This document shows, piece by piece, positions 25,633 through 28,620 of a stretch of 28,620 nucleotides of DNA. This DNA is from a virus (lineage: Duplodnaviria > Caudoviricetes): the IMG/VR virus record IMGVR_UViG_3300044667_000032, positions 1-28,620 of that record; one strand, written 5' to 3'. The stretch's first letter is position 1. The number at the start of each line of letters is the position of its first letter. The position numbers were made by a program, and so were the translations under genes. The notes beneath the pieces were generated by a model. That model saw only the letters and a program-made list of their open reading frames with translations. It did no database searches and was not told where the DNA came from.

Positions 25633-27393
25633 TCAGTTGAATCCGTACACGCGCCCGGTCCGCTGCTTCTTCGTGGACTGCTTGGCCCACTCGGGTGAGG
25701 CGAGGAGTTTGCGGCGGACCATGCGGGCGCCGATCGCGCACACCGCCGCGTCGACCTTCCGGGCCGACTCGCGGTGCTCTTTGCCGATGGACACGCCCCA
25801 CCTGTTCGGCCGGCGGCGGGCGTTCACCACGTGCTGCCGCAGGATCTTGTTGCCGTCATGGGTGAGCGAATGGTTGACGGTGATGTCGGTCCACGCCCGC
25901 CCGGCGGCCTCGGTGAACTCCTGCTGGTGGGCCGGGGCGCGCATGTCCCACACGATCGGGTGCGGGTTGGTACCCGACCGGGTCGCGGGGATCACCAGGC
26001 CGGCGCCGTGCCGGGCGGCCCACCCGTCCAGCAGCGCATCCCAGTAGCGCTCCCCCGACTCGTCCTCGCCGCCTCCGGGGTCGGCGAAGAACGCGCACAC
26101 CGTCCACTCAGCGAACGCGCGGTCCACTCGGGCGTCCACGTGCTCCCGCGGCACCACCCACGGGGCCTTCGCGTCCAGGCCGGCGGGACGCTGCCAGCAG
26201 TCGATGAGGAACACATGCCCGTCCGACAGGCAGCACCCGACCAGCGCGGTTGCGTCGTCGCTCTTGGACCCGTCGAAGAACATCGTGATCTTCTCGCCGG
26301 GTTCAACGATCCGGCCCTCCCGCTTGAGCGCGTCCCACTCGTAGGGGGCGACCCATGCGTCCTCGGCGGCGACGACCTGGTTGTACCAGAACCGTCTCGA
26401 CCGGCTCGGCGGGTTCCGCGGGTCGAGGATCGCCTGGACGATCCGTTCGATGTCCAGCCAGTGCGAGTCCCCCCGCACCAGTTCGACCACCCGCGGCGCG
26501 GCCTCAGCCGACAACGGCGCCTCAGGCGGAGCTTCCAGCGAGTCGTACAGCAGGCCTGTGGCCTTCGACCGGCCCGACTGGATCAGGTCGTAGGCGTCGC
26601 GGGCGCGCTCAGCAACCGAGTCCTCGCCTGGCATGTGCGCGTTGGTGATCGACAGCGCGCGGGACATGCCGTCCGCGGACTTCACCGCGTTGCGGTCGAT
26701 GACCGCGTCCATCTCGTGGCCCTCGTTGGAGGACAGCCAGTGGTGGGTCTCGTTGCGGATCGTCTCGGTCGGCCGGCCGCCCTCCAGAGCCCGCGGCGAG
26801 GACGTGACGGCCTCGATCCGCTGGGCGCCCTTGTGCGCGTAGATGATCTCCTTGCCGAGGTCGATCTGGTAGCGCTCGATCGCCGCTTTCGTGAACAGCC
26901 CGGGGAAGAGCGTCATTGTGTTGCGGGTCTGGTCCTTCGACACCGCGGCGATCTGCACCCACGCCTCCGGGTGCGGCACCCCAGCCGGGTGCTCGTTCCC
27001 CCACGGGTCCCGCACCGTCCTCCCGGACCGGTCCGGGCGGGTCGGGCCGACGAACCCCGTGGCGCCGATCGTCGCCACCACCGGGTCCTTGCCCCAGCCC
27101 TTGAGCCGCTGCAGGACGCCGTCCCTGTACACCCAGCGCAGGTCTGGAGTGACCGCGTACCACCACAAGATGAACCGCAGTTGCTCGGGCGTGTACCGCC
27201 ATGGCCGGCCGTTGGAGTGCTGCAGGTTCTCCGCCTGCCACATCACCGCGTGCCAGCCCAGCGTCAGCTCCGGAAGCAGCCACCCCGACGGGTGGTCCGG
27301 GTCCCGCTGCCACGTCGGGCCGATGCGGATGGGTTCGAGCGCGTCGAGATCGATCCGGCCCTCAGCGCCCGCCGAGGGCGGCGCGGTAGTCAT
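25633..27393 (-). CDS. terL: Terminase large subunit
   Basis: Walker A-like RLKGWGKDP, AAVSKDQT, NETHHW Walker B region, nuclease FDGSKSDDATAL and KVDAAV. Confidence 0.95.
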   Translation of the reverse strand: MTTAPPSAGAEGRIDLDALEPIRIGPTWQRDPDHPSGWLLPELTLGWHAVMWQAENLQHSNGRPWRYTPEQLRFILWWYAVTPDLRWVYRDGVLQRLKGWGKDPVVATIGATGFVGPTRPDRSGRTVRDPWGNEHPAGVPHPEAWVQIAAVSKDQTRNTMTLFPGLFTKAAIERYQIDLGKEIIYAHKGAQRIEAVTSSPRALEGGRPTETIRNETHHWLSSNEGHEMDAVIDRNAVKSADGMSRALSITNAHMPGEDSVAERARDAYDLIQSGRSKATGLLYDSLEAPPEAPLSAEAAPRVVELVRGDSHWLDIERIVQAILDPRNPPSRSRRFWYNQVVAAEDAWVAPYEWDALKREGRIVEPGEKITMFFDGSKSDDATALVGCCLSDGHVFLIDCWQRPAGLDAKAPWVVPREHVDARVDRAFAEWTVCAFFADPGGGEDESGERYWDALLDGWAARHGAGLVIPATRSGTNPHPIVWDMRAPAHQQEFTEAAGRAWTDITVNHSLTHDGNKILRQHVVNARRRPNRWGVSIGKEHRESARKVDAAVCAIGARMVRRKLLASPEWAKQSTKKQRTGRVYGFN

Positions 27394-27793
27394 CCAGCGC
27401 CGTCACTTCCGCGGGCTGCTCATCCTTCGGAGCGCCGCGTTCGATCTCCAACCGGGCCCGCCGGCGGGCGCCCTCGGTCGTCAGGAGCTCGGTCATCGCC
27501 GACGACACCGCCGCGAACAGCTGTGCCGAGAACCGCGACGACTCCAGGCCCCGGGACATCGCCTCAGCGACGTACCGGGCCGTCGCCCAGTCGCTCGGCT
27601 CGTAGAACACCGCCTGACCAGAGCGGGCCAGCGACTGATACCAGTCACGCGAGATCGGATGCCACAGCGGATCCGCCGGCGGGCACTCCACCACGACAGA
27701 CGACACGGCCACCGACGTGACCTCGCCGCCCTCAGGCTTGTTACGGCGCCGGCGTTCCGCCGCACGCTTAGGAACCGGGCCATTGCGCCCCAT
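27362..27793 (-). CDS. terS: Terminase small subunit
   Basis: MGRNGPVPKR..ERRRRN...WHPI..WY.SL..SGQ..FYEPSDW...LLTTEGARRRARLE actinophage TerS pattern; GGAGG SD before ATG at 27793. Confidence 0.9.
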   Translation of the reverse strand: MGRNGPVPKRAAERRRRNKPEGGEVTSVAVSSVVVECPPADPLWHPISRDWYQSLARSGQAVFYEPSDWATARYVAEAMSRGLESSRFSAQLFAAVSSAMTELLTTEGARRRARLEIERGAPKDEQPAEVTALDDYRAALGGR

Positions 27794-27801
27794 GTGTTGC
27801 C

Positions 27802-27836
27802 TCCCATGTCGGGACGTAGCACGTCCCGTGTCGGGA
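27802..27836 (-). promoter_or_regulatory. Twin GACAY-loop hairpins overlapping the terS RBS
   Basis: Minus strand TCCC-GACAC-GGGA CGTGCTACG TCCC-GACAT-GGGA-GG. Confidence 0.6.
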
Positions 27837-27840
27837 GGTG

Positions 27841-28428
27841 CTACACGATCGAGGCGATCACCTCGGAGATGTCCGCGAGCCGCTTCGGCGCACCGCCGAA
27901 CGTCGACCCGGAAACCGCGATGTACCGCATGTCGCCGTACACCTCGATCTTCCGGCCGCCTGCTCGCACTTTCCGGCCGCCCTTGAAGTCGGCCAATCCC
28001 CACACGTGCAGGCCACGCCGTGACGGCGAGACCTCAACCCATGTCGGGGGAAGCTTGTCGAGGATGTCCTGGGCCCACGGCGCCACCGTGGCGCCGTCCA
28101 GGCAGTCATCCAGGTCGATACACACCACGCCGTCGCCGTTCAGCACGAACCCCAGGCCCGCGCCGGCCTTCGACCGGCTCGCAGCAGCATGCGAAGTCCA
28201 CGTGGTGGAGTCCGTCGAAGACGCCGCACGCCCCTCAGTGGTCAGCGGAGCCTTCCGAGTCGAGCGGCGCACCCACCGCGGCCGGGCAGACAGCTCAGCG
28301 GGGACCGCGCGCCGGCGGCGACTCGCCCGCTGGCGGCACTTCGCCGAGCAGTACTTCGTCACGCTCCTCGCCGAGGCGCGCAGCGGACCACCGCACGTCG
28401 ACTCCTGGCACTTCCACTCGACCGCCAC
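27841..28428 (-). CDS. Primase/polymerase (AEP, prim-pol)-like protein with N-terminal Zn finger, no helicase domain
   Basis: TW...GLGFVL..GVVCIDLDDC...EVSPSRRGLHVW...IEVY..RYIAVSG AEP motifs; N-terminal C..C...KYCSAKCRQR. Confidence 0.8.
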   Translation of the reverse strand: MAVEWKCQESTCGGPLRASARSVTKYCSAKCRQRASRRRRAVPAELSARPRWVRRSTRKAPLTTEGRAASSTDSTTWTSHAAASRSKAGAGLGFVLNGDGVVCIDLDDCLDGATVAPWAQDILDKLPPTWVEVSPSRRGLHVWGLADFKGGRKVRAGGRKIEVYGDMRYIAVSGSTFGGAPKRLADISEVIASIV

Positions 28429-28434
28429 AGCCCA

Positions 28435-28443
28435 ATTCTGTCA
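28435..28443 (-). promoter_or_regulatory. Putative extended -10 promoter (TGaCAGAAT), leaderless
   Basis: TG-A-CAGAAT then 6 nt to the GTG at 28428; no SD present. Confidence 0.5.
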
Positions 28444-28620
28444 CACATAGACGTGCTTTTAGCTGGGAAAACGTGATTTGAGCAGCGATGTTGAGTGGCT
28501 CAGAGGCACGCTGCCACATCCGACCCCAACGAGGTTGGCGGCACCCGAAATCTCGCGCTCACGACCACCTCAGGGCCGGGAACCCGCGAGCCCGGCAACC
28601 CGTACAGAGGGTCAGGTGCA

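Larger units (their letters stand above)
1..28620 (-). mobile_element. Actinobacterial siphovirus/prophage: packaging, head, tail and lysis modules (partial genome)
   Basis: Canonical gene order terminase-portal-protease-scaffold-capsid-neck-tail-TMP-baseplate-lysis on the minus strand, with tight or overlapping stop/start junctions and high GC. No integrase or att site is seen, so prophage versus free phage cannot be decided. Confidence 0.95.

Noticed and set aside
28038-28048. Fifth CCC-GACAT-GGG copy
   Set aside because: It is a single copy inside coding sequence (PTW codons) with a 3-bp stem and no nearby start, so probably chance.

Overview
This window holds the late-gene arm of a high-GC actinobacterial siphovirus or prophage, almost all on the minus strand. 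Reading right to left: probable cos-proximal left end, Zn-finger/prim-pol-like gene, small and large terminase, portal, capsid maturation protease, a free-standing HNH endonuclease, scaffold, major capsid protein, neck genes, major tail, tail assembly chaperones with a -1 frameshift, a tape measure protein with a C-terminal NlpC/P60 domain, minor tail genes (Dit, Gp37-like hub), a multi-holin lysis cassette with an amidase endolysin, two orphan genes and a GntR regulator behind a 9-bp operator array. The most striking feature is a pair of paralogous GT4 glycosyltransferases interleaved with the capsid and neck genes. Both the capsid and tail-tube proteins end in a terminal serine, which suggests a virion glycosylation system. 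Other notable signals: twin GACAY-loop hairpins over the ribosome-binding sites of the small terminase and scaffold genes, a hairpin-CATGCCC motif before structural genes, an antisense DUF4352-like lipoprotein moron, and a secreted lamin-tail-domain gene inside the lysis cassette. No integrase, tRNA, rRNA or CRISPR array is visible. All family calls come from motif recognition and gene order, not database searches.
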